The translations under genes were made by a program, and so were the position numbers. 29,892 bases of DNA from a virus. The DNA lies in UHGV virus genome UHGV-0256341. One strand, 5' to 3'. Of the stretch, positions 1 through 9,456 are shown in pieces (the stretch's first letter is position 1; the number at the start of each line of letters is the position of its first letter). Below the pieces are notes generated by a model. It had not been told where the DNA came from and searched no databases. It worked only from the letters and a program-made list of their open reading frames with translations.

Positions 1-104
1 GTAACGGATGGCGGCCAGTGAAAAATGGTGGCGATATCTGCCACCAGATCGTCAACCGTCAGGCTGTCGGTAAACCGGCAAGCACCGACTTCTTCAACAA
101 AAAA
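1..104 (-). CDS. Possible E' frameshift extension of tail assembly chaperone (partial, runs off left edge)
   Basis: Minus-strand slippery heptamer T-TTT-TTG at 98..104 just before the E stop codon; this is the classic -1 frameshift arrangement of P2 E/E'. The -1 frame was not translated here. Confidence 0.35.
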
Positions 105-361
105 GTGACAACCTCAACCGACATGGCAGTGAGATCTGCCGGGTCCATCTCTGCAATTTCCTGTGCAGTCAGTGCCGGACTGGAGATGCGGGGGATCACG
201 GTCATCATCGCGTTTACATCCATATCCATAATGGCCTGCAGGCGTGTACCGCGCAGCGCACCGGACTGCGGTTTACGCAGCACAATTTCGGTGATTTCCG
301 TTTTACCGCGCTTGATGGGGGTATCCAGTTGAATGGTCTTTTCAGTCTGCTTATCGCTCAT
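59..361 (-). CDS. E: Tail assembly chaperone, P2 gpE-like
   Basis: 100 aa ORF directly downstream of FII in the conserved FI-FII-E order; ends VTFLLKK across a TTTTTTG slippery site. Confidence 0.8.
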   Translation of the reverse strand: MSDKQTEKTIQLDTPIKRGKTEITEIVLRKPQSGALRGTRLQAIMDMDVNAMMTVIPRISSPALTAQEIAEMDPADLTAMSVEVVTFLLKKSVLAGLPTA

Positions 362-415
362 TTTGCTGTCCTTTAAATTGGGTTCTGGCGCGGTATCCCG
401 CGCCGTTCAGATAGA

Positions 416-931
416 TCAGAGGCCGAGTGCGTTGCGGTGTGCTTCCATCAGGTCCACACCATCCACAATTTCCACCATGTTGATAAGGTCCACTTCATAG
501 AGCACCTCACCATTGATGGTCAGCTTCGCGTAGCTGTTGGTACTGGTCACTTTGGTGGTGTTGCTTTCGCCCGTCTTCCACTCGCCGGAATCCACTTCTT
601 TGTGACGTCCACGCACCACAAGCTCCACAGCCTGCACTTCCCCGGTATCGTCACGCTGGATAGAGCCGGTAAAGCGCAGCTGGATGCCATCCACAGTGGC
701 TTTGCCCATCTGCTTAAACAGCAGCAGTTCAGTACCACCAATGGAAAATTCTGTGTCCAGCGCACTGTCATCAAGCCCCAGATCCACATCTACTGCACCC
801 GGCATTCCGCCGCCGCGATACTTCTCATATTTGCGGGTGAATTTCGGCAGCGTCAGCGACTCTACGATCCCCTGCCAGTTGTTCCCGTCGTTAAACAGGT
901 TCAGATGTTTTAATTTGCGTGGTAAAGCCAT
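416..931 (-). CDS. FII: Major tail tube protein, P2 gpFII-like
   Basis: 171 aa ORF immediately downstream of the sheath gene; size and position match P2 FII. Confidence 0.85.
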   Translation of the reverse strand: MALPRKLKHLNLFNDGNNWQGIVESLTLPKFTRKYEKYRGGGMPGAVDVDLGLDDSALDTEFSIGGTELLLFKQMGKATVDGIQLRFTGSIQRDDTGEVQAVELVVRGRHKEVDSGEWKTGESNTTKVTSTNSYAKLTINGEVLYEVDLINMVEIVDGVDLMEAHRNALGL

Positions 932-940
932 GTTGTCCCC

Positions 941-2113
941 TTACGCGCTGACCTGGCTGGCAAAATTCACCAGGTACTGATCGGTGATGCGCTGGCGCAG
1001 CATCAGATTTTCAAGTGGCGGCACTGGCGTGTAGTCATAGTCGATGGTGAGTTTTCCGGCTTTCAGCGTGTCTTTGTCGTTCACCGACTCATCCAGCCAG
1101 CAATCACCACCAATGAGATAGCCCTGACTGACCAGGCTGCGCATTTTGGCGCGGATACCTTCGATAATGTCGCGGGCCAGCGACGGGTTAAGAGGTTTAT
1201 CCACCGCCCACATGTGTGCTTCTGCAATCGTGTCCATCAGCACCTGCGCCGTGCGGGTGTAGTTTTCGAAGGCAAAGAGCGGGTCATCACTCAGGCAGCG
1301 GGAACCCCAGAAGCGGAAACCGTCTTTACGCACAAGCGTGGTGACGTCGTTCTGGTTCAGCAGACCTGCATCGGTTGCCGGGTCCTGCAGATCCCAGAAC
1401 ACATCTGCAGAAATTCCGGTGACACCGTTCACGCCCACGTTGGACAGGCTTTTGTGCCATCCGGTCTGCTCGTCAATTTTGGCGCGCAGACCAAGCGCAC
1501 GGGCGGTGGCATATGCCGTTGCTTCGGCATTCAGCACCGTGTCCCAGCCAGTAAAGTCAGGCCAGATCAGCATCCCTTCACGCTGGCTGAAGTTTTCGCG
1601 GTAAGTGATCGCCTCCTGCACTGTCTTGCAGCCATACGCTGACAGGTAAGCAAATCCACGCAGGCTTTGCGCCACGCTTAGCAACTCAGTAGCTACCGCC
1701 TTGGTGTCGTGGCCTGGCACGCCGAGAATGCGCGGTTTAACGCCGAGCTGTGACTGGGCAGATAACAGGGCTTTCATACCTGTTTTTTTACCTTCAGCAG
1801 TCACTGCGCCGATGATATTGGTCGTGGTTTCGTCTTCCGTTTCACCCTGCGGCACACGCACAACAATGGTCACGGGTTTTGCCTGGTCAGCGATGGCATC
1901 CAGCGAACGGGCCAGAGTACCTGACTCACCCGCTTTACCGCTGGCAGTCAGAACATCAGTGATCAGCACGGGTTTATTAAGAGGAAACATTTTTGCATCG
2001 GCATCATCGCCCGTGCAGACCATACCCACGATGGCGGTGCTCACCGTGGTAATAGATCGGGTGCCTTCGTTGACTTCAACAACGCGCACCCCGTGGTGGT
2101 AATCCTGAGCCAT
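941..2113 (-). CDS. FI: Contractile tail sheath protein, P2 gpFI-like
   Basis: 390 aa ORF with tail-sheath-like sequence, followed by tube gene and E. Confidence 0.9.
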   Translation of the reverse strand: MAQDYHHGVRVVEVNEGTRSITTVSTAIVGMVCTGDDADAKMFPLNKPVLITDVLTASGKAGESGTLARSLDAIADQAKPVTIVVRVPQGETEDETTTNIIGAVTAEGKKTGMKALLSAQSQLGVKPRILGVPGHDTKAVATELLSVAQSLRGFAYLSAYGCKTVQEAITYRENFSQREGMLIWPDFTGWDTVLNAEATAYATARALGLRAKIDEQTGWHKSLSNVGVNGVTGISADVFWDLQDPATDAGLLNQNDVTTLVRKDGFRFWGSRCLSDDPLFAFENYTRTAQVLMDTIAEAHMWAVDKPLNPSLARDIIEGIRAKMRSLVSQGYLIGGDCWLDESVNDKDTLKAGKLTIDYDYTPVPPLENLMLRQRITDQYLVNFASQVSA

Positions 2114-2189
2114 AGTGGCGAACCTCCTGATTGGATTAGGCTTCGCCCTATGTTGAAGTGATTGTGCCTGACAAACAGCTAAGCGCAGT

Positions 2190-2207
2190 TGTGTCGTTAT
2201 TCACACA
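2190..2207 (-). promoter_or_regulatory. Putative Ogr-dependent late promoter element (TGT-N12-ACA) upstream of FI
   Basis: Sequence TGTGTCGTTATTCACACA lies about 85 bp upstream of the FI start; it matches the dyad motif described for P2 late promoters. Confidence 0.35.
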
Positions 2208-2255
2208 AAATGACGGTATTTGTCTACTTGCAGGGATAATCAAAATAATGCTGAT

Positions 2256-2828
2256 TCAGGGGGATTCATTGCTCTTATTTGCCGGAAATTTTCTATAAAT
2301 GGTAGAAACGCCTACATCAAAAATCAGTGCAATACGCTGTCTTGATTCTCCGGCCTCGAGTAAACGCCCAATCTGTGCCCACTGTTCGGTGGTCAACTTA
2401 GGACGGCGTCCACCTACTCTGCCTTTGGCACGAGCTGCAGCCAGCCCTGCCCTGGTACGTTCAACTATCAGTTCGCGTTCCATTTCAGCCAGGGCACCCA
2501 TGACATGAAAAAAGAAACGGCCCATTGGGGTACTGGTATCAATACTGTCAGTCAGGCTTCTGAAATTCACACCACGCTGGCGTAACTCTTCTATCAGCGT
2601 AACAAGATGCCGCATACTGCGCCCCAACCTGTCCAGCTTCCAGACAACCAGCGTGTCTCCTGCCGATAGTGTCCTGAGCAGTTTTTTCAGCCCCGGTCTG
2701 TCGGACTTAGTGCCGCTGATTTTATCCTCAAAAATCCGCTCACATCCCGCGCAGTTCAGCGCACTACGTTGCAAATCGGTGTTCTGGTCATTTGTTGACA
2801 CGCGTACATAGCCAATAAGCATGATCAT
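2256..2828 (-). CDS. Serine recombinase, DNA invertase of the Hin/Gin/Pin/Cin family
   Basis: 190 aa; N-terminal GYVRVSTNDQ with the catalytic serine context, LVVWKLDRLGRS, MGRFFFHVMGALAEMERELIVERT, and a C-terminal helix-turn-helix. Very close to the remembered Hin sequence. Confidence 0.95.
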   Translation of the reverse strand: MIMLIGYVRVSTNDQNTDLQRSALNCAGCERIFEDKISGTKSDRPGLKKLLRTLSAGDTLVVWKLDRLGRSMRHLVTLIEELRQRGVNFRSLTDSIDTSTPMGRFFFHVMGALAEMERELIVERTRAGLAAARAKGRVGGRRPKLTTEQWAQIGRLLEAGESRQRIALIFDVGVSTIYRKFPANKSNESP

Positions 2829-2849
2829 CTCCTTGAATAAAAATCGGGG

Positions 2850-3527
2850 ATGATGCCAGTTAGTCGTAATCGCTGCATTTTCTTAAACGTTGGTTTGGGA
2901 GATACAAGCGGATACGTGGGACGCCGGCTGAGTACCCGGGCTTTCGCGTCATCAGGTACGTATACCCCATCACCAGAAACAAAACGGATCAGGGTCACAA
3001 TAACGGGCGGCGGTGGCGGAGGGGGTGGCTGCCAGGCTATATCCAGTAACGAAACGTTTTTCGGTGCTGGCGGTGGGGCCGGAGGGACAGTAATCACCAT
3101 ACTGACCCCGACACAGAATAGTTATCCTGTCACTATCGGCGCAGGTGGGGCCGGCGGCGTTGGTGCGACGAACGGCCTCAAGGGCGGTGATAGCTCGTTC
3201 GGATCGGTAATAGCCCCTGGTGGTGAAGGCGGCGGAAAAGTAGGAGTCACAAACACAAACGGCGGTAACGGAGGCGTACCGAATATTGGCGATATCCGCA
3301 TCACTGGTGGAGATGGAGGCGACGGTCAGTCCGGGAATATCAGCGTCAGCGGTGAAGGCGGTGCATCGTACTGGGGAGGCGGTGGACGTGCAGGCGCTGG
3401 CGGTGGCGTTAGAGGCAGGGCATTTGGTTCAGGCGGAGGTGGTGCATACGATGCAGGTTATAGCGGAACCAGTATGACGGGCGGGAAAGGTGCTGATGGG
3501 GTTTGTATTATCGAGGAGTTTGCATAA
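2850..3527 (+). CDS. Alternative (currently unexpressed) tail-fibre C-terminal variable domain, Gly-rich
   Basis: ORF reads outward from the crossover site with GGT-TTG-GGA in the same frame as in H; glycine-rich repeats. It would only be expressed as a fusion to the constant part of H after inversion, so the listed Met start is probably not used. Confidence 0.65.
   Translation: MMPVSRNRCIFLNVGLGDTSGYVGRRLSTRAFASSGTYTPSPETKRIRVTITGGGGGGGGCQAISSNETFFGAGGGAGGTVITILTPTQNSYPVTIGAGGAGGVGATNGLKGGDSSFGSVIAPGGEGGGKVGVTNTNGGNGGVPNIGDIRITGGDGGDGQSGNISVSGEGGASYWGGGGRAGAGGGVRGRAFGSGGGGAYDAGYSGTSMTGGKGADGVCIIEEFA
2878..2903 (+). other. Invertase crossover site (hix/gix-like), distal copy next to the invertase gene
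   Basis: TTTTCTTAAACGTTGGTTTGGGAGAT, an imperfect 12-2-12 dyad. It shares the 13-mer TTGGTTTGGGAGA with an inverted copy inside the tail-fibre gene at 4673..4698. Confidence 0.6.
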
Positions 3528-3937
3528 TGAATGCGTCATATGCAGTTATTGAAAATGGGATGGTTGTGAATGTCATTGTCTGGGATGGCGAGGATGAATT
3601 CACTGTGCCGGATAATCTGCAGCTCATTAATATTTCTGATATCAGTGAGCAGCCCGGAATCGGCTGGGCGTATTCAGACGGGGTATTTACTGCGCCGCTC
3701 CCTCCGGAACGTTCTCATGATGAACTGGTAGCTGACGCTGAACAGAAAAAACAGTCGTTGATAGACGCAGCAATGGTCAATATCAGCGTGATTCAGTTAA
3801 AGCTGCAGGCCGGGCGGAAGCTGACGCAGGCAGAAACCACCCGACTTAACGCCGTGCTGGATTACATTGACGCGGTGACGGCAACAGATACCAGCACTGC
3901 GCCGGATGTCATCTGGCCTGAACTGCCGGAGGCGTAG
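3527..3937 (+). CDS. Tail fibre assembly chaperone, alternative copy (U'-like)
   Basis: The six-frame ORF is 3503..3937; the likely start is the ATG at 3527 right after the stop of the upstream variable domain. Its C-terminal region resembles that of the minus-strand copy (DTSxAPDxxWPxxP). Confidence 0.75.
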   Translation: MNASYAVIENGMVVNVIVWDGEDEFTVPDNLQLINISDISEQPGIGWAYSDGVFTAPLPPERSHDELVADAEQKKQSLIDAAMVNISVIQLKLQAGRKLTQAETTRLNAVLDYIDAVTATDTSTAPDVIWPELPEA

Positions 3938-4352
3938 GCCATTCAATATCTGGAGCACTGGAGGTATCAACCAGTTCCAGTGCGTCCAGATAATCCAGCC
4001 ACAAATTATATTGCACCAGTTCCTCACCTTTCAGACGACCAATTGATGCTTTACCTGGCCATTGTTTACTGTTGATGTATTCGTTGGCCTGATTAATCAA
4101 TTGCTGCTTTTTAGTTTCGGCTGATGCAATTTGTTCTTCACGTGTTGGTGGAGGAATATCTACCCATGCAGGCAGTCCATCTTCTCCGACACATCTGTAT
4201 TTTCCTTCTGGTGGTGTATCATAGAAATATTCCCTGAAAATTACTTCGTCTATATCAACACCTTTTTCTTCAGGCCACTCACCTTTTTCAACATAAAGAG
4301 ACTTAAGTTCGTAAGGATATGCCAGGTTGTTTACGTACAGATATTTCATCAT
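3909..4352 (-). CDS. G: Tail fibre assembly chaperone, P2 gpG-like, currently expressed copy
   Basis: 147 aa directly downstream of H with overlapping stop/start; conserved C-terminal motif shared with the plus-strand copy. Confidence 0.8.
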   Translation of the reverse strand: MMKYLYVNNLAYPYELKSLYVEKGEWPEEKGVDIDEVIFREYFYDTPPEGKYRCVGEDGLPAWVDIPPPTREEQIASAETKKQQLINQANEYINSKQWPGKASIGRLKGEELVQYNLWLDYLDALELVDTSSAPDIEWPTPPAVQAR

Positions 4353-5734
4353 TACCAGCCCTTAGCGAAAAACGCACCACCTTCAAGACCATAATTGCAG
4401 TGAGCTATGAAGCCGGTAGTGCTCCAGTTGGTCGCCCCCCACATATTCCCACCCCCGAAACCACCATCGCACACAATTACAATGCCCGGTGTCTGTGTAA
4501 ATGGAATCGGGAATGAAACATTGGCGGATACAGGCCCGTGTTCACTAGGAAAACTAATTCGTCCCCACTGTTCAATTGAACCATCTGGCATTTTTCGCCA
4601 GCCTGAACCTGATGCATATGATGACATATCAGGTATCTGATTTTCCCCAGTTCCCACATTCCGTTTTGCCGCTTCTCCCAAACCAAGGTATGCGAGAAGA
4701 CCAGCTACATCCTTTCCACTCAAATTAGTCAGCGTATTGTCCAACGGTTGTTTACCTGCCAGCGCATTAAGCATTGTCGTGGCAAAGTTCGGGTCATTCC
4801 CCAGCGCCGCAGCCAGTTCGTTCAGTGTATCCAGTGCAGCAGGTGCAGACCCCACCATTGCCGCAATTGCCGATTTCACAAAAGCCGTGGTGGCAATCTG
4901 TGTATTGTTAACCGACTGTGCGGCAGTGGGGGCTGTTGGCGTTCCGGTGAATGCCGGACTTAACAGCGGCGCTTTCAGTGCCAGCGCATTGTTAATGGTG
5001 GTACTGAATTTCGGGTCATTATTAATGGCAGCGGCAATTTCTTTCATCGTATCCAGTGTGGCTGGCGCACCATTAATAAGGGCCATCAGTGCCGCCTGAA
5101 CAAACGCGGTGGTCGCAATCTGCGTGGTGTTATTCCCCTCCGCTGGCGTTGGCGCTTTGGGTGTTCCGGTCAATGTCGGGCTTTCTTTGGGTGCATACTG
5201 TGAATGCGGGTCCGGTGCGGCAAGATGTTTTGCCATCTTATCATCCACGAACACCTTCAGCTCCAGTACCTTGTCATCCACATACTTGCGGGTTGCCAGC
5301 ACGACGGCAGGGTCGATTTTCAGGGTGATATTGTCCGTGCTGCTGGTAATCAGCACCATGCGCACGGTCTGGGTACGCCCACTGCCTTCAGCCAGTTGCG
5401 GCTTATAGCTTTCCGGGCAGTTTCCCACGGCAATCAATGCCCCGGACTCATCAAACAGGCCCACTTCACGTATCCACCAACCGCCCTCATTTTCAGGGAT
5501 TACCTGTTCAGCAATAATCTGGCTACTGTTCTGCGGGTCGATATAGAGCATATTCAGCGCAGCCCGGCGTTTCTCATTCACCAGTGCAGTCTGCTTTGCA
5601 TCCGGCGTTGGCAATACTCCGCCGCCATCGCCGACCGCCATATGGGTAATTTTTAAAGGCACACCGAGCGCGGCGGCGCTGGCAAGTTTCGCCGCGCCAA
5701 TATCCGTCAGCAGGGTATAAAATTTTGTGCTCAT
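4352..5734 (-). CDS. H: Tail fibre protein, P2 gpH-like (constant N-terminal part plus current variable C-terminus)
   Basis: 460 aa with repeated TQIATTAFV and NDP(K/N)F motifs and the [18 protein letters not shown] block that I recall from P2 H. The crossover site lies in-frame at the LGLGE codons. Confidence 0.9.
   Translation of the reverse strand: MSTKFYTLLTDIGAAKLASAAALGVPLKITHMAVGDGGGVLPTPDAKQTALVNEKRRAALNMLYIDPQNSSQIIAEQVIPENEGGWWIREVGLFDESGALIAVGNCPESYKPQLAEGSGRTQTVRMVLITSSTDNITLKIDPAVVLATRKYVDDKVLELKVFVDDKMAKHLAAPDPHSQYAPKESPTLTGTPKAPTPAEGNNTTQIATTAFVQAALMALINGAPATLDTMKEIAAAINNDPKFSTTINNALALKAPLLSPAFTGTPTAPTAAQSVNNTQIATTAFVKSAIAAMVGSAPAALDTLNELAAALGNDPNFATTMLNALAGKQPLDNTLTNLSGKDVAGLLAYLGLGEAAKRNVGTGENQIPDMSSYASGSGWRKMPDGSIEQWGRISFPSEHGPVSANVSFPIPFTQTPGIVIVCDGGFGGGNMWGATNWSTTGFIAHCNYGLEGGAFFAKGW
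4673..4698 (-). other. Invertase crossover site (hix/gix-like), proximal copy inside H
   Basis: Minus strand reads TTCTCGCATACCTTGGTTTGGGAGAA, an imperfect 12-2-12 dyad with the same central TT and right half as the site at 2878..2903. Confidence 0.6.
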
Positions 5735-6336
5735 GGATTCACTCTCATTGTGTCAATAACATGGACCGCCCCGCCTTCATGCGCGGTGCCACCGGAAATA
5801 ATTGTTTCGTTGATATACGGATAGATCGTGATTTCTTCGCCAAGATAGCTGGCGGCTCCCACCCAATGCGGGCCGCTGGTCTGCAGGTTGATGGACATGC
5901 CGATCATGTGACGGCTGCATGGTTTGGCATCGCTTATCAGTCGCTCAAGTTCCAGATAGGTATCTTCAGTGATGCCCTGGTCCTGCACGCCGATATCCAG
6001 ACGAAACGTGCCCGGTGTCTCTCCGGTCTGCCACCACTCAATAATGCGGATCAGAAAGCCGAACGGCTCCACCACCCGCCGCACGGCACTGGTGGTCCCT
6101 TTATGCTGATGAATATAAAAAGCATCCTTCACCACCTGGCGCTTGACACTTTCTGTCCAGTCCTCGTCCCAGCGATCCACAGAGAACGCCCAGGCGAGAT
6201 AAGGCAGGAAACTGACCGGACAGGTTGCCGGATTCCACAAGTCACGAAGCGGCACCTGCAGATCAGAAATCCCGCTGCAGGTTTGCGCCAGTCGGCGCTC
6301 CAGTGGTGTTGAACCCGGTGGCAGCAGACTATTCAT
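5731..6336 (-). CDS. I: Baseplate assembly protein, P2 gpI-like
   Basis: 201 aa between J and H in the conserved order. Confidence 0.8.
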   Translation of the reverse strand: MNSLLPPGSTPLERRLAQTCSGISDLQVPLRDLWNPATCPVSFLPYLAWAFSVDRWDEDWTESVKRQVVKDAFYIHQHKGTTSAVRRVVEPFGFLIRIIEWWQTGETPGTFRLDIGVQDQGITEDTYLELERLISDAKPCSRHMIGMSINLQTSGPHWVGAASYLGEEITIYPYINETIISGGTAHEGGAVHVIDTMRVNP

Positions 6337-7237
6337 CCGTTCCTCCGTTGGTTACGCTCCACTGCGTACATGATGCCGCCTGTGTTTTGTTCAGGACCAC
6401 ATCCGCCAGAGGAGAAGCCAGCTCCACACGCTGCACACCCTCAACATGCAAGGCGGCAAAGATGGCGCTACGGCGAATATCCCGACCAAGACGCGTCTGA
6501 CTGGCGATGTACTTCTGCAGGCTGGCTTTTGCCGCTGCCATTACCGGCTCTGCTTCCGGTCCCGGATAGAGAAAAATGGTGGCTTCCACGCGATACGGGA
6601 TGATTTCTGCGCTGCGAACCGTCAGACGGTCAGCCACCGGGCGGACGTTCTCACTGTTCAGGGCTTTTTCCACCACATCCAGCAGGTCTTTTTCTGCTGT
6701 TCCGTCGCCTTCACGGCTAAGGACAGTCAGTACCACCTCTGCAGGTGCCGGACTGGTTGCACTGGCATCCGCCACCCGACCGTCGGCGCTTCGGGCATGA
6801 AATTCATAGGCTGCAGTTGGCCCCGCAACTGAAAGCCCTTCAAAGGCTGCAGGCACACGCAGGCGTAACGCTTCATCGCTTTCCATCACAGCCGCAACGG
6901 GCGGCACAGCGTCATTATCAGCAGGCGTCACCGTCAGGCGTTTCACGTTGTAGTTGGCAGCGAGCTGGTCAAGATCGCCGCCCATCGCGTAAGCCACCAT
7001 CACCGCCTGCGCGGCTTCGTTAATGCGCTGGCGCAGAAGCAACTCACGGTAAGCATTCTCCTGCAGCAATTTGGTGACGGGTTCAGATTCCAGTTCCAGC
7101 GTGCGGATCACGGCTTCCTGCTCATCTTTCGGATGAAGCGCAACAAATTCGGCCTTGCGTTCGGCAAGCAACGTCTCAAAGTCCGGCACATCGACAATCT
7201 GCGGCGCAGGCAACTGCGAAAGGTCAATCACTGCCAT
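6329..7237 (-). CDS. J: Baseplate protein, P2 gpJ-like
   Basis: ORF is 6329..7276; the likely start is the internal Met of MAVIDLSQLPAP, which resembles the P2 J N-terminus and gives about 302 aa. Confidence 0.8.
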   Translation of the reverse strand: MAVIDLSQLPAPQIVDVPDFETLLAERKAEFVALHPKDEQEAVIRTLELESEPVTKLLQENAYRELLLRQRINEAAQAVMVAYAMGGDLDQLAANYNVKRLTVTPADNDAVPPVAAVMESDEALRLRVPAAFEGLSVAGPTAAYEFHARSADGRVADASATSPAPAEVVLTVLSREGDGTAEKDLLDVVEKALNSENVRPVADRLTVRSAEIIPYRVEATIFLYPGPEAEPVMAAAKASLQKYIASQTRLGRDIRRSAIFAALHVEGVQRVELASPLADVVLNKTQAASCTQWSVTNGGTDE

Positions 7238-7583
7238 TCTCTGCTCCTGTTGATACGGAAAGGGAAACAGGCACACCGTTATTACGCCGCCCGGTCAGTC
7301 CCACCACCATTGAACCGTCAAAATTGCTGTTAATGGTGATGGAATCCAGCGTCAGCCGTGGCTCCCAGCGACTCAGCGCCACATACACTGCCGACATGAC
7401 CTGCAGGCGTAACGCCGGATTTTGTGGCTGGTCTATCAGTGCCGACAGCAGGGAACCATATTCACGGCGAGCAATGCGGCTACCCTGCGGCGTCAGCAGA
7501 ATGTCCCGCACCGACTGGCGCAGATGGTCAATATCAGTAATGACTTTGCCGCTGGTATTGTTCATCCCGCTATAAAGCGTCAT
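7224..7583 (-). CDS. W: Baseplate wedge protein, P2 gpW-like (GPW/gp25 family)
   Basis: 119 aa between V and J. Confidence 0.8.
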   Translation of the reverse strand: MTLYSGMNNTSGKVITDIDHLRQSVRDILLTPQGSRIARREYGSLLSALIDQPQNPALRLQVMSAVYVALSRWEPRLTLDSITINSNFDGSMVVGLTGRRNNGVPVSLSVSTGAENGSD

Positions 7584-8158
7584 ACCGGGCCTCCGGTTGT
7601 ATCGCCGCCTTTCAGGACGCCAGTATGCTGATGCGCATCAACCACGATCCCGTTAGAACTCATCGCTCCGCCGCCCTGGGTAACGCCACCATTGATCACC
7701 ACTTCGCTGTTAATGCGCGTGCGGTCAGCCTCCAGTACAAACTCACTGGTTTTCATGGTGATGTTATCAGCGGCCTCAATGACCATTGATTTGATGCCCC
7801 TGACATACCAGCGCCCGGTGGCGGGTTCGTATTCAAACCAGCCACCGTCAGGATGTTCTGTCACGCAGGCGTCCGCCGACGTCGACGGTGGTGCGAACTG
7901 ATTCGAATAGACAGCGGGCAGCGCAAAGGCAGTCTCCAGATTGCCGCCCAGACTCAGCAGCACCACCTGCTCACCTTCCGATGGTCGCCACCATGTGCGG
8001 GCATTACCCGCGCGCAGCGTCAGCCAGCTGATCCAGTTGGTTTCAAGGTCGCCCGTTTTCACCCGACAAAGCCAGTTTTCCCGGTCCACTTCGGTGACTA
8101 CACCTATGCGGATCAGATTGGTGATAAGGCGCATGATTTCGGTTAGTTGTGCGTTCAT
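7580..8158 (-). CDS. V: Baseplate spike/hub protein, P2 gpV-like
   Basis: Start taken at the internal Met of MNAQLTEIMRLITNL. The 81-codon upstream extension of the 273 aa ORF runs into the AT-rich insertion and is probably not translated. Confidence 0.8.
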   Translation of the reverse strand: MNAQLTEIMRLITNLIRIGVVTEVDRENWLCRVKTGDLETNWISWLTLRAGNARTWWRPSEGEQVVLLSLGGNLETAFALPAVYSNQFAPPSTSADACVTEHPDGGWFEYEPATGRWYVRGIKSMVIEAADNITMKTSEFVLEADRTRINSEVVINGGVTQGGGAMSSNGIVVDAHQHTGVLKGGDTTGGPV

Positions 8159-8204
8159 AGATATATGATGACAGCTGAAAACTTGTTTATAACTTCTTGC
8201 AAAT

Positions 8205-8222
8205 TGTGGTATCGATGGTACA
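8205..8222. promoter_or_regulatory. Putative Ogr-dependent late promoter element (TGT-N12-ACA) upstream of V
   Basis: TGTGGTATCGATGGTACA in the V upstream region. Confidence 0.35.
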
Positions 8223-8261
8223 AATTGATAAAAGGATAAAAAACAACCAATAGGTGGATAA

Positions 8262-9068
8262 ATGAGTGTTATGAATCCAATAAGTTCTAATATATTTAAT
8301 GCTGAATTTTTAAACACCCCGGCAGCGGCACTTGCCGCATGGATTTCCATTATTGGAGCTGTTATAACTTTGGTGACGATAGTTATAAGAGCACTATTCA
8401 AATATAGAAAATCTCATGATGTAATTTTGAAAAAATCAGGAATACCTGCGTTTATATTAAATTTTTTTCTTATACGAATATCATTAAAAAGGCTGCCTAC
8501 TATCACATGGGCTGAAAAATCAATCACGGTTCTCTTTTCACTTCTTTTTTTGTGTGCAATTTATATTTTTGGTCCAGTTTTCATCCAAGCCATTAGAACC
8601 CCACCAAATAGCACATTGCTTTATTGGATAAAGTCCGGTGAATCATTTTATATGTCAAAAAAACTGGCGACTGCAGCTACAATATTAACCACTCCTGATT
8701 GGGAAATATCAAAAGATGATTGCGAAGAGTCATCCTCTGCCAGTACAGAGAAGTACAAATCATTAACTATCGAACATAAAGAAATTCTTTGTAAACTACT
8801 AACCACTGATGAAGGGAATACTTACATTGATGAAGAAGTCAAGAATTTCGTTAAAGACAAATTCTTTATCTATTCCTTTGCCCCAACAACCATATTTATT
8901 CTATTATGGATTTCTTTGGGTTTTATACTGACCATTCACTATTCTAAAAAAGTTAGGAAATATATTCTGACTGAACAAAAAAATGCAATTCATTGGGCAT
9001 ATGGTGAATTCAAGACAGAAGGAATCTATTCAATATATCACGAGTTAGAACGTAAGACTCACCATTAA
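8262..9068 (+). CDS. AT-rich moron encoding a multi-pass membrane protein of unknown function
   Basis: 268 aa with several hydrophobic helices; the region from about 8160 to 9070 is visibly lower in GC than the flanking phage genes; opposite strand to the late operon; sits at the S/V junction where P2 has orf30. Confidence 0.7.
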   Translation: MSVMNPISSNIFNAEFLNTPAAALAAWISIIGAVITLVTIVIRALFKYRKSHDVILKKSGIPAFILNFFLIRISLKRLPTITWAEKSITVLFSLLFLCAIYIFGPVFIQAIRTPPNSTLLYWIKSGESFYMSKKLATAATILTTPDWEISKDDCEESSSASTEKYKSLTIEHKEILCKLLTTDEGNTYIDEEVKNFVKDKFFIYSFAPTTIFILLWISLGFILTIHYSKKVRKYILTEQKNAIHWAYGEFKTEGIYSIYHELERKTHH

Positions 9069-9456
9069 GACCCAACAAACGACGCTCTGCGTAACGCACT
9101 TCCGGTCCTTTGCGGCTGACGCGATCGCGCAGGCCATAATGGTGAACGCGAGCAATGCGCTGCACCTTACTTTCAAACTGTACGCTGGCAGAGTCGGCGC
9201 TGGCGGCGGTTTTCAGGTATTTGGTGGTGCGCAGCTTTGCAAACATCTGACGTTTGATGCGGCCTTTTTTACTGCGCGCCGTGACCTTGCGCGGTTCATA
9301 ACTGCTGCCATCTGGATTGCGCTGCATCCTGATATTCTGCTGCTGTGTCCGGCGCAGTTCCTGCGCCAGCTGGCGCATCATGCGGCTTCTTGCGACTGGT
9401 TCCAGATTCGCCAGTAAGGCACTAAGCCAGTCGTCCACCTTCTGCAGTTCAGCCAC
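9010..9456 (-). CDS. S: Tail completion protein, P2 gpS-like
   Basis: 148 aa in the R-S order; its last ~20 codons lie inside the AT-rich insertion. Confidence 0.8.
   Translation of the reverse strand: MAELQKVDDWLSALLANLEPVARSRMMRQLAQELRRTQQQNIRMQRNPDGSSYEPRKVTARSKKGRIKRQMFAKLRTTKYLKTAASADSASVQFESKVQRIARVHHYGLRDRVSRKGPEVRYAERRLLGLNGESYVLTRDILNRFLLS

Larger units (their letters stand above)
2890..4686. mobile_element. Invertible tail-fibre host-range segment (like Mu G / P1 C / e14 P segments)
   Basis: Bounded by inverted 26-bp sites at 2878..2903 and 4673..4698. Contains two alternative tail-fibre C-termini and two tail-fibre assembly genes in opposite orientation, with the invertase gene just outside. 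Confidence 0.7.

Noticed and set aside
2825-3100. 91 aa Pro-rich ORF on the minus strand
   Set aside because: It is the antisense shadow of the Gly-rich tail-fibre variable domain (GGN codons read as CCN); no independent start signals.
4737-5099. 120 aa Ala-rich ORF on the plus strand
   Set aside because: Antisense to the repeat-rich tail-fibre gene H; a product of repetitive codon composition.
7580-8401. 273 aa version of the V ORF
   Set aside because: The first 81 codons extend through the V promoter region into AT-rich insertion DNA; the recognisable V N-terminus begins at the internal Met at 8158.
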